A stretch of 64,000 nucleotides of DNA from an uncultured virus (IMG/VR IMGVR_UViG_3300030106_004658). Lineage: Duplodnaviria > Heunggongvirae > Uroviricota > Caudoviricetes > Crassvirales. Below are positions 9,217 through 20,177 of this stretch, piece after piece. The notes beneath the pieces are model-generated. The model did not search any database. It was not told the DNA's origin and was given only the letters and a program-made list of their open reading frames with translations. Position 1 is the stretch's first letter; each line of letters opens with the position of its first letter. The translations under genes and the position numbers were made by a program. The stretch lies in IMG/VR virus record IMGVR_UViG_3300030106_004658. The stretch is one strand, 5' to 3'.

Positions 9217-12200
9217 TTATTGATGAGCGTAACATTTTTTACTTTTATTCTCTGTTCTATTCTTGCAACGCTCGCCATTTGATTTTGTTGCTGTACATCT
9301 AAACTCTTTAACACCATCACCATCTCTGTCAGTTCCTTTTTTCTCTTCTTCTTTAGTGTATTCTTTGTGATACATACACTTAGCTGACTTAGCTTTTGTT
9401 TCAACTGTAATTTTACATCTTGTGCCATCTGATTTAATTGCAGAACATCTTACTTTTTTTATACCTTCTTCTTTTTTCTTTTCTTCAACTTTCTTTTTCT
9501 CTTCTTCTTTAATTTTCTTTTTTTCTTCTTTCTTTATAGCTTTTTCCTTATCTTTTTTAATTTTTCTAGCTTCTTTAGCATCAGCCTTAGCTTCTTCTAG
9601 TTCTTCGTCTTTTACACCAACACTCCATGTACTCCACCCAGAGACTAAAGCAACTCGCTGCCAGAGTTCATGGTTACCAGTTAATGCTTCTTCTAAATTA
9701 TTAGCCTTACTTAAAACTCTAGCAACAGGTATGTTTGTTAGTGCTTCTGTTAAATTAGTGGCTATAGACAAGTTAGGATTTTCAATTCTTAAACCTATTT
9801 GTTTACTAACACCTCTATTATATTTTTCTGTTCTAACAGCGTTCATTATTTTCCTCAACTTACTACCAATAGGTGGTGATAAGTTTATGGCTTCTTGAGC
9901 TATATTCATATCATCTCTGTTCCAACCTTTCTTACTCTCTTCTCTCCATTTTAATAAAACGTTTTTAAGGGTAGAAACTGCAGCACCATAAACACCTGTG
10001 CCTCTAAGTAAAGTATCAAAAGCTCCATTTGCAACTCTAAGTTCCATTTTCTTTTTCTTCTCTTCATCCTCGTCATTACCAAATAACATAAACATTAGTC
10101 CAGTTTGAAGAGCACCAAATATAACGTTTTGTACCACACCATAATATATGATTCTAGATATATTAGCTTTATCACTACCTCTACGGTTAATAAGATCTGA
10201 CATAGCTTTTTTAGTCAAACGAGTCATCTGCATTGGAGTATTTTGCCATGCTAATATTATTCTACCAAGTACACCAGCTTGTTGCATTGATATTAAATCA
10301 GGTCTAGAAGACTGTTGTGTTTCTTCGGCTATCTCTTGAAAATCTAAAAACGCTTGTTCTTTAGCTTTAGCTTCAGACATTCCTTGTTTTAAATAAGTAT
10401 TTAATCTGTTTCTATAGAAAGTAGAGCCACCAAGTGATATAGCGAAACTATCCGCTATTTTTGTAGGTGTAAAACCTTTTTCTAATAAATAAGCTATAAT
10501 GGCCTCTGGTTTACTTCTTCCATCAGCAAAAGCTCTAGTTAGCTCCGATGCTGAAACATCTATTTGTAATCCAGCTCTTCTTTGTTTTAGCATTGGTGAG
10601 TTAAATATAAAAGCAAAGTCTTTCCAAAATTGCGGTTGATTAGCAAATGCTTTTGAAGCTTTAAAAACATTGTTATCTCCCCAATTAATAAAGTTAACTG
10701 TTGATATGGTTTGTAGCACAGCAGATCTTATATTCACAAACATCGTTGCGCCAACAGATCCATTAATCCAGTTTAAAAACTTATTAACTGTTTTATCTTT
10801 ACCTGTAGTTCGATTAGTGCCGTTTTCCATTCGATACAACATATTTTCTAATGCCTCTCTAAACCCACTACCATATATAGCTTCTATTTTATTTAGATTT
10901 TCCGGTGAAAATATTACATCTTTATTTTCAATCCATTCTGCTAGAAAATCTTTTCTACCAACTTTATTTACTATATTATTAAGATCACTACCTATTGTTT
11001 GAGCTGTCCAATATTCACTTGGCTGTACATATCCTTCTGGTCTACGAGATACAATACTTAATCCTTCAGCAAATTGTTTTAATTCAGGATTATTATTAAC
11101 TTGGTTTACTAATTTGTCTTGTAATGTTTTTGATATACCAGGTATTTCAAATCCAGCTTTATCCCACAAGTAAACTCTTATTGCCGCGTCGTTAGTGAAT
11201 GACGTATCTTTTACTTTATTGTTAAGTATTTTACCTACGCCTTTAAATTGTTTTTTTAATGCAGCATAATCATTTGCCATTGCTTGTTTATAAGTATTCC
11301 ACTGTCTATATCCTTTGGCGTATGGATCAAGAAGGTTGTCTTTAAAAAACTTCATATGTGCATCACCTTCTTTTCCTTTACCTAAAAATGAATATAGCAA
11401 ACCCTTAAAGTCTTCAGCTGACGGTGGGACAAAGAAAGCAAACCTACCTTTACTAATACCTCTTTTTCTAGCCTCAGCAACTGAAAATCTTTTACCAGCA
11501 GCAACACCTTTTGATTGTTCTAGTATTATATTAAAATCTAAAGGAGCTTTTAAACTAAACTTAATTTTAGCTTGAACAACTTTAGACTTAATATCTAGCT
11601 GTTCTAGTACATTCTTAACAGCTTTTACGTTTGGTAGGGCATCATCTACAAAATACATATCATTGTATCCCTCTGCAAACTTTTCTAACATCCAGTCAGC
11701 TTTAGCTTCACCTCTGCTATCTGCTAGTCCTGTTATGTTTTCAAATGGTATGTTTATGCCCTTAGACTTTAACCAACCATCAATAGCTGTTGCAGCCTCT
11801 TGAGGTCTAGCTGTTAATACAAATACGTTTTGTGGTCCATATTTATCTATTTGGTTTTTCATTTTTTGAAGTAATGGTCCATCAACACCACCTCTTACAT
11901 TTACAAAATCATCAAAGTTAAATTTATATCCCTGCTCAGCTAGCTCAGGACCTTTAGTAGGCCAATCACCAGATTTTATATTTATTTTTTCTCCAGTTTT
12001 AGGATCTGTTGCTACAACAAAGTTTTCGCCATCTATAATTAATGTTTCATCAAAGTCGAAGGTAGACATACCTTTTGTTACTCTACTGGGTTCACTAGAA
12101 CTAACAGTGGGTATACTTTCCATTTCTTTGATAAAATCTCTACCTTCTTTAGTTCTTGTGTCAATCCTCCAGTTGCCAATTTTTTTGAACTCAGAGGAAC

Positions 12201-15200
12201 TTACCGTGCCACTAAAAGTATAACCTTTTTTCTTTAAGTCTTCTTCTATGATCTTAATCATTTCAGAAGCGCTTTGACCTTTAGACATTTTTGTTTTTTC
12301 AACAAACGTGTAACCTCGTTTTTCTAAGTCTTTTTGTATTTCTTGGTTTATTTTTTTAACGGCTTCAGCTTGTTTATTAAAGGCTTCAATAGCGTTGTTA
12401 ATTTTGTTTATAGTTTTTCTAGAAGTTTTAACAATAGAAGGATCACCACTAGAATTTATACCTAAATTTTCACCAAACGTTTTACCATCTAAACCTACTA
12501 TAGAATTAGGATCTATACCTATACCATCAACGCCAACAACATCACTATTAAAATATCTATCCCACCAATTATTGTCAATAACACTCCAATCTTTAGGCAT
12601 CATTCTTTGTAACTTGGCTGCTGTTAGTTTTTTATCCATAACTTTATCCAATGCTATCAACTTGTAGTTATTCATTACTAAATCGTAAGACGCATTAAAA
12701 TTATTCCCAGATAAAGAAGCGTCTAATAAATATAAGTATGCAGCAGTTGCTGGCATGGCATGTTCATATTCAAACCTAGTTCCAGTTATATTAGTTGAGT
12801 AACCAACAAATTGAGCTCCTAATTTGTGCCAGTGTGATGTATCATTACCGACTAGCTTTAAATAAGTACCTATAATAGATGCTTTATTTTTGTCTTTTCT
12901 TATTGCTTCATTAAAACGTTTCCACATTTCTTTATGTATAATAGAGACTTTGTCATTAAATTTCTTTATATTTCCGTTTGCTAAATTTTTCTTTATTTTA
13001 GCTGGTGTTTCAAATAATGTATTATAAGATGAAACCTTGAAGTCAATTACATTGCCATTAGAGTCTTTAATATCCTTGCCAAATTTAACATTATCACTAT
13101 CTTTTAAGGCTTTTATTCTATCTCTTAAATCATTATAAGCCGCTGCTTGTTCGGGATATTTAAAATCACCAATTTTTTTACCTTTGGGTATAACATCTCC
13201 TTTCTTGTATTTACCCATACTTAAACCGTAAGCCTTATTGCTAGCTGTAAACACCGTGCTATCTTCACCAAACCAAAAGTCTTTAGGCATCAGTGGTAGC
13301 AAGTCTTTTTCTATAGCTTTTATAAATGCTTCTCTACCCTCTTGTTTTCTTAGGTTAAAAGTTTTAGCAAGCTTATAAACACCACTTAAAAGTTTATCAA
13401 CACCTTTTGTTTCTAATTCAAAAGAATCTCTTACGTTTATTATTGTATTAACCCTTTGACTAAACATTACCTCTGATTTACCTTCACCAACTTTTTCAAC
13501 AATAGGAGTTGGAACACCTTGCTCAATAGCATTTTTCCTTATTTGTTGATTAGCTTCTAATTGAGCGACTTGAGTTATAAAAGCTCTTAGTGCTCCATCT
13601 AGTGATGTACCTTTTTTAGTTGTTCCATCTGGGTTAATACCAAACTCTGCTAAAAAATCTTTATTAGTTATATTAGGTTTTTTAACCTGAATAGGTAGTC
13701 CAGCAGCGGTAGCACCTTCTGCTACCTTAGCTCTACCACCCTTAATATAAAACTTATTTAAAAGACTAGGCGCAACACCAGTTGCCTTACCGCTTCTATC
13801 AGTTCCTTCAGGCAACATGTCTATCAAGTTTCCTTTGTTAGATAGTTCTACTATTTTATTTCTTGCGGCCTCTCTTTGTTTACCGTCTAAATCTTGATTC
13901 TTTCTTATTCTATTAGCATCAACACCAAAGTCTTTAGAAACAATATCTAACACTTTATTTAACGGACCATTTGTGATTAATTTCTTAACACCTTTATACG
14001 TTAAATTTTCTAACGGTACATTAGCGTTTTTAACTACATTTTCTATTTCGGAAACTTTTTTACTATCTAGACCTAATTCTTTATTAACTATTTTACCTTC
14101 AGCTTGTTTAGCGCTAACACCTCCACCAACTGCTATATCTGTATCAGCAAAATCAATATCACCTTCTTTTGTAGACATTGACACAGACTCTACGCTTTTA
14201 CCCTTTAAACCTTCAAGTATTTGCCCGTATCTTTTTGGCAATATATCATTGACATAGGCACCAAAATTTGGGTTAACACCTGGATTCCACGTGTTTGATA
14301 GTTTTACTAGCTCATACAAAAACTCTTGTTGAAAATCTTCAAGTGGTATAGCTTTGTCCTGCGTTAATATACCTCTACCTCTGTCATAAGCCTGTCTAGC
14401 AAGTTTATTAGCTATAGCCATATTATTTACAACAAGTTGGTCTTTTATTCTTTGCGTTACAGCTTCTTTTAAACTAATACTTTCTTCTTCAGATTTTTTT
14501 GCTACTATTGCGGATAGTCTATCGTTTTCTTTTACTATCTCAACAGTATTCTTTTTTAAAGCTTCAGATCGTTTTGTTTCAGCGTTTTTACCTTCGCCAA
14601 AAAGACGATTTAATAATGCAGCTTCTTGAGCAATCTTACTTTTCTTTATAGCTTTTCTTTGCTCTAATGTTAATGTTCCAGCTTTTATTTTTTTAGCTAA
14701 GTTTGTTACAAAAGCTACAGCATCTGTTTCGCCTTCAAAATTAAAATCAAAATCTGAGTTAGTAGCTTTAGCAACCCCCTTGCCAAATAAAAAACCCATT
14801 ACAGCTCCTAATCCTTTATTATTTTTAGAATTTAAATCTATTTTACCCTCAGCCACTAACTCCATGTATCTAGTTATAACCTCATCTGCACCCATACCTT
14901 GAGTTTCACCTACTAGTAGTGCGTACAAATTAGGATTTTGGTTTTTAGTATATTGTAATAGTTGATTTGCTATATCAGTAAACGCTTCTGAGTTTTGACC
15001 TATGGCTTCAGATAGTATTGTGTGACCAAGCTCGTGTGTTCTAGTTTCAGTACGATCATCTTTAGCCATGTTTTCTACGACTTGAAATGGAATATAGTTT
15101 CCATCAGTTGTTGGCATATTAGCACCATGACCGCCTTCTTCTATGTTTTTTATTGCCGCAGCTTTGTTAGCGTCAGAAACATTATCTAGTTTGTTTATTT

Positions 15201-18123
15201 CTTCAATAGCTTCTTCTTGATTTTGAAAATTTAATATTGATCTACCAAGTTTTGTTTTACCTCTTTTACTCTTAAAGTCATTGTTTATTTCTTGAGTATT
15301 ATATATTAATCTAGCTCTTTCTTGTATTTGTTTGTCGTTAGGTTCAGTTTTACCTTCTTCAATTAATTCACTTGTTGCTTGTCCAAGTATCTCTTGTTTT
15401 CTATCAACATCTTCTTTTTTATTGCTAGCTAAGAATCCATTATACTTATTACCAAAAGCTTTGGGGTCTTTTAGCATATCTATTATAGCTTGATTTTTAT
15501 CAAATTGATCTTGTAAATTATCTAATGCTTTTCTTTTTGTTTCGCTATCTAGAGAAGAATCATTTGTTATTTTTTTAGCTTGATTTCTTACAACCTCTTG
15601 TTTTGAAACTACATCTAAAAACTGCTCAACATACTTAGGAGACATGTTCTTCATTCGATTTTCAACATCCTCTAGTATTTGATTATTTTCGTTTTCTAAA
15701 GCTTCAACTTGTTCGTTTAAAATTTTAGCAGTAGATGGTTTAATATATTTATTAGTTCCATCTAACTGTATTTTTAAATCAGTTAGCTTAGTTAAATTAT
15801 CTCTATACTTTTGTTTAACTTCAGAGTTAGAAAAGGTATTAATCATAACACCCTTAACAAATGGTGTACCACTAAACATATAACCAAACATTCCGCCACT
15901 AAAAAGAGCATGATCTAAATCTTCTGTTACAGGTCTACCAGTTAAAATATTTTGAGTTACTGTTGTTAAACCCTCTGATGATGTTTCTAGTGCTGGATCT
16001 ATTAGTAACTGACGCTGACCATTTTGTATAAAATGTTGCTTAATACCGTCTAACCCAGACTGCATTGACTTACTACTAGTCCCATACATAGCAGCCCAAG
16101 ATCTTTTCATAACTGGTAAAGTTAGATACCTATCAAATATAATCTCAGCTGTACCATATCCAGCACTTGTTAATGTCTTTTTTAATAGTGATGATTCATT
16201 ACTTGGGTTTTGAGCATCTTCCCTTAACATGTCTGTCCAGTTATCTCCAGAGCTAGACATACCTAATAATGGTATACCAACACCAGGTGTTGCTATAGTA
16301 GCAAATATAGGTATTTGATTACCTATTTCTTGTCCAAGAAATCTACCAAAATTACCTTTCTTAAATGCGTTTTTAAATTCAATATCTGGTTGAAATGATT
16401 CACGGTATATAGCGTTAGCTTTATCCATGCTAAGCATTGTTTTATCTAAAGTCTTGTTATCAACACCTATTAACGCGCTGGTCATCTTGCTACCACCATA
16501 CATTCCTTTTACAACTATTCTAGCAAAGCCACTACCAATATTGTATTTAAACTTTTCCCAATCATTATAATTTCTTTGTATAAGATTATTTTTATAATCA
16601 CTGTCTTCAAGATTCTCTATTCTTTCAGCATTGCTATTTAGCCAGTTTTCAAAATCATTTATTTCACTATTGATAGTAGCTGAAGAGGTTTTATATGCGT
16701 TCCATATTTGCTCAGGAACATTTCTACCGTCCTCTAATGTAACATAGTTTTCTTCATCACCTATAGCAAATCTAGCTGTAGGATCATTAAAAAAAGTATT
16801 CATATCATTAACAACAGTTGCATATGGACTATTCATTAAATCATCTAATTTCTTTTTATATTCTAACTCATAAGTAACCTGAGCTTTTATATCATTTTCA
16901 TTTTTTAAGTTAGAACCAACTTTAACTCTATTATAAATTTCCGTTTCTTCAACATCATTCATAAATGTTGTTATCTGTTGTTTTTCTTCTTCTCTTGTTT
17001 CTTTTTTTATAATTAACTCTCTAGCTACTTTTTCAATATCTTCTTTTGATGGATTTTCAAAACCTTGATTTATTAAGTCTTGTTTAGCTCGTTCTAGTTC
17101 TTCCTCATAAGGTTGTGTTTCAACGGTATAATACTGTTCCCATTCTTCACCATAGAATACTTGTTCTTTTTGTGGTTCAAATATATTATTTAACTCGTTT
17201 CCATCTTTATCTTTAACTGATATATACTTGTTTTTTATATTATTTTTTTGTCCTTCAGATAGATCGATGGGGTACATTTCGTACTCCTCAACAAGAAGAT
17301 TTTGGTTTTTTCTAGCATTTAACTTTTCTTCTTTAGATAGATTTTTATTTAAAAAGTTAAATAATTTATTATTAGAATTAATAAAGTCACCTGTTACAAA
17401 ATCTAAATCTATCTCTTTACCTGACTCTTTGTGTTTTACTTTTAGTTTATTAAAATTATATTTATCCCGGGTTTCTTCATATTCAAAGGGTGATTCATCT
17501 CCTTTACCAAACATATTTTCAAGTTGTGCTTGAGCTTCATTTGGTTTTTGTCTAAAAAACTCATCAATTTTTTCGCTTGTTTTACCAATATCATCACTAA
17601 CGATAAAATCAAAAAGACCATTATTTTTTTTGTTTATGTTTTTCTTTAGCTCATGCTGCTTATTATAATGCTCTGTTTTCTTTTTATTCTCAATATCTTT
17701 TTGCATTTGATCGTACGTTAAAACATTGTACTCACCAAATATATTTTTTTGACTCTGAGTTATTAAGTTACCTTGAGTATCATACCTCTTCATCGACTCT
17801 TCTGTTGGAGGCACGTACCAAGAGGGTGGTTTGTTTTGTGATGTGTCTTCTTTTGACAACACTTCTTCTTTAACCTCTGGGCTTACTAATTTTTCATACT
17901 CTTTTATCTTATCTTCATTAGATATGTTTTCGTCATTTAGTACGCTTTGTATTTTTTTTTCTGTATTTTGAATTTGATTTTCCTGAGACAGATTCGTCTC
18001 TTCGTTTTGTTGACCTGCTAATATATTTGTATATTCTTTTATTTTATCTTCGTCAGACTTATTTGGATCATTTAGAATGCCCATTAACAAATCATCACTA
18101 GATGTGTTATCGTTTATTGCCAT
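9217..18123 (-). CDS. Giant (2968 aa) multidomain protein, probably virion-internal/ejected
   Basis: Position after the ejection-type genes; HELGH zincin motif, sigma-region-2-like segment, HAD motifs (DFDET, LTAR, K, DD), C-terminal Cys repeats. Confidence 0.75.
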   Translation of the reverse strand: MAINDNTSSDDLLMGILNDPNKSDEDKIKEYTNILAGQQNEETNLSQENQIQNTEKKIQSVLNDENISNEDKIKEYEKLVSPEVKEEVLSKEDTSQNKPPSWYVPPTEESMKRYDTQGNLITQSQKNIFGEYNVLTYDQMQKDIENKKKTEHYNKQHELKKNINKKNNGLFDFIVSDDIGKTSEKIDEFFRQKPNEAQAQLENMFGKGDESPFEYEETRDKYNFNKLKVKHKESGKEIDLDFVTGDFINSNNKLFNFLNKNLSKEEKLNARKNQNLLVEEYEMYPIDLSEGQKNNIKNKYISVKDKDGNELNNIFEPQKEQVFYGEEWEQYYTVETQPYEEELERAKQDLINQGFENPSKEDIEKVARELIIKKETREEEKQQITTFMNDVEETEIYNRVKVGSNLKNENDIKAQVTYELEYKKKLDDLMNSPYATVVNDMNTFFNDPTARFAIGDEENYVTLEDGRNVPEQIWNAYKTSSATINSEINDFENWLNSNAERIENLEDSDYKNNLIQRNYNDWEKFKYNIGSGFARIVVKGMYGGSKMTSALIGVDNKTLDKTMLSMDKANAIYRESFQPDIEFKNAFKKGNFGRFLGQEIGNQIPIFATIATPGVGIPLLGMSSSGDNWTDMLREDAQNPSNESSLLKKTLTSAGYGTAEIIFDRYLTLPVMKRSWAAMYGTSSKSMQSGLDGIKQHFIQNGQRQLLIDPALETSSEGLTTVTQNILTGRPVTEDLDHALFSGGMFGYMFSGTPFVKGVMINTFSNSEVKQKYRDNLTKLTDLKIQLDGTNKYIKPSTAKILNEQVEALENENNQILEDVENRMKNMSPKYVEQFLDVVSKQEVVRNQAKKITNDSSLDSETKRKALDNLQDQFDKNQAIIDMLKDPKAFGNKYNGFLASNKKEDVDRKQEILGQATSELIEEGKTEPNDKQIQERARLIYNTQEINNDFKSKRGKTKLGRSILNFQNQEEAIEEINKLDNVSDANKAAAIKNIEEGGHGANMPTTDGNYIPFQVVENMAKDDRTETRTHELGHTILSEAIGQNSEAFTDIANQLLQYTKNQNPNLYALLVGETQGMGADEVITRYMELVAEGKIDLNSKNNKGLGAVMGFLFGKGVAKATNSDFDFNFEGETDAVAFVTNLAKKIKAGTLTLEQRKAIKKSKIAQEAALLNRLFGEGKNAETKRSEALKKNTVEIVKENDRLSAIVAKKSEEESISLKEAVTQRIKDQLVVNNMAIANKLARQAYDRGRGILTQDKAIPLEDFQQEFLYELVKLSNTWNPGVNPNFGAYVNDILPKRYGQILEGLKGKSVESVSMSTKEGDIDFADTDIAVGGGVSAKQAEGKIVNKELGLDSKKVSEIENVVKNANVPLENLTYKGVKKLITNGPLNKVLDIVSKDFGVDANRIRKNQDLDGKQREAARNKIVELSNKGNLIDMLPEGTDRSGKATGVAPSLLNKFYIKGGRAKVAEGATAAGLPIQVKKPNITNKDFLAEFGINPDGTTKKGTSLDGALRAFITQVAQLEANQQIRKNAIEQGVPTPIVEKVGEGKSEVMFSQRVNTIINVRDSFELETKGVDKLLSGVYKLAKTFNLRKQEGREAFIKAIEKDLLPLMPKDFWFGEDSTVFTASNKAYGLSMGKYKKGDVIPKGKKIGDFKYPEQAAAYNDLRDRIKALKDSDNVKFGKDIKDSNGNVIDFKVSSYNTLFETPAKIKKNLANGNIKKFNDKVSIIHKEMWKRFNEAIRKDKNKASIIGTYLKLVGNDTSHWHKLGAQFVGYSTNITGTRFEYEHAMPATAAYLYLLDASLSGNNFNASYDLVMNNYKLIALDKVMDKKLTAAKLQRMMPKDWSVIDNNWWDRYFNSDVVGVDGIGIDPNSIVGLDGKTFGENLGINSSGDPSIVKTSRKTINKINNAIEAFNKQAEAVKKINQEIQKDLEKRGYTFVEKTKMSKGQSASEMIKIIEEDLKKKGYTFSGTVSSSEFKKIGNWRIDTRTKEGRDFIKEMESIPTVSSSEPSRVTKGMSTFDFDETLIIDGENFVVATDPKTGEKINIKSGDWPTKGPELAEQGYKFNFDDFVNVRGGVDGPLLQKMKNQIDKYGPQNVFVLTARPQEAATAIDGWLKSKGINIPFENITGLADSRGEAKADWMLEKFAEGYNDMYFVDDALPNVKAVKNVLEQLDIKSKVVQAKIKFSLKAPLDFNIILEQSKGVAAGKRFSVAEARKRGISKGRFAFFVPPSAEDFKGLLYSFLGKGKEGDAHMKFFKDNLLDPYAKGYRQWNTYKQAMANDYAALKKQFKGVGKILNNKVKDTSFTNDAAIRVYLWDKAGFEIPGISKTLQDKLVNQVNNNPELKQFAEGLSIVSRRPEGYVQPSEYWTAQTIGSDLNNIVNKVGRKDFLAEWIENKDVIFSPENLNKIEAIYGSGFREALENMLYRMENGTNRTTGKDKTVNKFLNWINGSVGATMFVNIRSAVLQTISTVNFINWGDNNVFKASKAFANQPQFWKDFAFIFNSPMLKQRRAGLQIDVSASELTRAFADGRSKPEAIIAYLLEKGFTPTKIADSFAISLGGSTFYRNRLNTYLKQGMSEAKAKEQAFLDFQEIAEETQQSSRPDLISMQQAGVLGRIILAWQNTPMQMTRLTKKAMSDLINRRGSDKANISRIIYYGVVQNVIFGALQTGLMFMLFGNDEDEEKKKKMELRVANGAFDTLLRGTGVYGAAVSTLKNVLLKWREESKKGWNRDDMNIAQEAINLSPPIGSKLRKIMNAVRTEKYNRGVSKQIGLRIENPNLSIATNLTEALTNIPVARVLSKANNLEEALTGNHELWQRVALVSGWSTWSVGVKDEELEEAKADAKEARKIKKDKEKAIKKEEKKKIKEEEKKKVEEKKKEEGIKKVRCSAIKSDGTRCKITVETKAKSAKCMYHKEYTKEEEKKGTDRDGDGVKEFRCTATKSNGERCKNRTENKSKKCYAHQ

Positions 18124-18156
18124 ACTGTGTCGTTAGTTACCCGTTATTAATTTATT

Positions 18157-19464
18157 TTATTCGTGCAATAGTTTAAGTCTTGCAACTTTTTCTTCATCAG
18201 ATAGTTCTGAATTATTGTTTATTAAATCTATAGCATCTTTTTGTTTTTTTCTTTGTGCTAATTCTTCTAATGAAATATTAAGTTTTTTAGATTCTAAAGT
18301 AGGATTGTGTGTCCCATACGTTTTTATATTGTAATCTTTAGCTTCTTCTACTTTACCAGGATCTAAACTAGAGTATAGTTTTATTTCATCTGGATTTGAT
18401 CGTGTGTCTTTATTAGGTTTTAATTCTGAGATTTGATTATTTGAGTCTACAATGTTATTGTTGTTTCCAACATTTTTATTTTCAGAAATCCAGTTCTTTT
18501 CAAGATAATTTGTAACGTAAGTAGTTAAATACTTTTTAGACATGTATTCATTTTCTAGTAATTTATCAGCTATCACTTTAGCATCGTTTTGTGTTATACC
18601 ATCTTCACTTCCAAATCTTTTATCTAGTCTAGTTATTTTTTGATCTTTAATACCTAAGTCTCCATAACTATTAGTCATAATCATTTCAACTAAATCATCT
18701 TTAAACACTCTGCCTTCAATAAGCACGTCAGGATCGTTTACCATTGACTTAAAGTTACCTCTTTCAACAACTTGGTTTTTTATATTTCTATAATTTTGAT
18801 CATAGTTAAATATACCGTTGTCATTAGCTAGAGACATGTCCGCTGCGTCAGCTGAACTACTAGCCAAGTTATTGATTAAATCTTGTGTAGAACCATCTCT
18901 AGTATTTTCATCAAGCATAGTCCATATTTTTTTAGCGCTCATCATTTCTTTTTCACCATCACTATTTATTATCTCCCATTCATCTTCACCAGTTTCTTCA
19001 TTTGTAGTTGGCGCACCTAACATGCCTTTTATTAACGACTCACCTGTTAGACTTCCAGTGAAATTTTTACTTAATCCAGATTTATCATCTTTAGCTAATT
19101 TAGCTATTTTCTTTTTAAGCTCATCTGACATTTGCTGTTGAGTTGAGTTTTGATCTAACTCTCTTAAAAGCATTTCACGCTCTGTTTTTCCAGAGATTAT
19201 GTATTTTTGTCTCATTTTTTTAAGTCTCTTCTCTTCTCTTTTGTATTCTGGGGTTGTCATCGTACCCTCAACTCTACTTAATTCCCACTCAGCAAACTCG
19301 TCAAACTCTTTTTGTCTTTCTTGTACTTGCTCACCAAACTTAGAAGCAATTTTAGCTCCAGTATCACCTATATCTTTTAACGCTTTTGATTTTGCTAAAT
19401 TGTAATTAGGTATACCACCACCCGCTGCTTCATATGCGCCTCTTATTAAACTTTGATCTGCCAT
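18157..19464 (-). CDS. Putative internal virion/ejection protein
   Basis: Helical, charged; lies between the tail genes and the giant protein. Confidence 0.5.
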   Translation of the reverse strand: MADQSLIRGAYEAAGGGIPNYNLAKSKALKDIGDTGAKIASKFGEQVQERQKEFDEFAEWELSRVEGTMTTPEYKREEKRLKKMRQKYIISGKTEREMLLRELDQNSTQQQMSDELKKKIAKLAKDDKSGLSKNFTGSLTGESLIKGMLGAPTTNEETGEDEWEIINSDGEKEMMSAKKIWTMLDENTRDGSTQDLINNLASSSADAADMSLANDNGIFNYDQNYRNIKNQVVERGNFKSMVNDPDVLIEGRVFKDDLVEMIMTNSYGDLGIKDQKITRLDKRFGSEDGITQNDAKVIADKLLENEYMSKKYLTTYVTNYLEKNWISENKNVGNNNNIVDSNNQISELKPNKDTRSNPDEIKLYSSLDPGKVEEAKDYNIKTYGTHNPTLESKKLNISLEELAQRKKQKDAIDLINNNSELSDEEKVARLKLLHE

Positions 19465-19478
19465 ATTAAATTATTTTA

Positions 19479-20135
19479 TTACGATCCTATAAACGATCCT
19501 GCGATATTAGATATATTACTTACTGTTCCAGATATGGCGTCATATCTAGCTTGTTGTGCTTGTTGACCTTGTTGCATAAAAGCAGCTGTTTCAGCTTGAG
19601 ACATTCCAAGTAGTGTTGATTGTTTTTGCAACTCTTGCTGTCTAGATATTAATTCACCTCTTCTTTCCATTTGTTGTAATTGAGCAGCTTGTTGTCTTTC
19701 AAGTTTTTGATTTTGAGCTTCTTGAGCACCTATATCAGCCGCCGCCCTTTGTGAAGCTATTTGACCTTGCTGAGCTAATGTTTGTGCTAAAGCTGCTATA
19801 CCAGAACTACCAGCAGCACCTCTTAATCCACTTAAAATATTAGCTTGACTTTGTTGAAATGATTGTCTTTGAAACTCAGCGGCTTTTTGATTTATTGTTA
19901 AATCCTCCATAGTATTCTCCATATTAAGAAATGGGTTACTAGTATCTAGATTAGCGTAGACATTTTTTAGTCTATCCATTTCTTTTCTAGATTGTCTTTC
20001 TCTTTCTTCAGCTTCCTCTTGAGCTTTTCTAGCAGATCTAGCTGCCAAGCCACCACCTATAAGTGATGCGCCTACACCAACAGCTGCCACAACAGCGGGT
20101 AGAAGTTTAAAGGGACTATTTTTCTTATTTGCCAT
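19479..20135 (-). CDS. Putative DNA ejection/pilot protein
   Basis: N-terminal Gly/Ala hydrophobic helix followed by an A/Q-rich coiled coil. Confidence 0.6.
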   Translation of the reverse strand: MANKKNSPFKLLPAVVAAVGVGASLIGGGLAARSARKAQEEAEERERQSRKEMDRLKNVYANLDTSNPFLNMENTMEDLTINQKAAEFQRQSFQQSQANILSGLRGAAGSSGIAALAQTLAQQGQIASQRAAADIGAQEAQNQKLERQQAAQLQQMERRGELISRQQELQKQSTLLGMSQAETAAFMQQGQQAQQARYDAISGTVSNISNIAGSFIGS

Positions 20136-20144
20136 ATCTGTTTA

Positions 20145-20167
20145 ATTTTACTATATTATAGTTACAT
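20145..20167 (-). promoter_or_regulatory. Late-promoter-like element ATGTAACTATAATATAGTAAAAT
   Basis: Exact 23-bp copy also at 31429-31451; both are intergenic and upstream of starts. Confidence 0.65.
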
Positions 20168-20177
20168 TTTTTATTAT

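Noticed and set aside
9217..18123. crAss-type virion RNA polymerase
   Set aside because: No DFDxD/DxDGD catalytic motif seen; DFDET belongs to a complete HAD motif set. A highly diverged RNAP cannot be excluded without structure prediction
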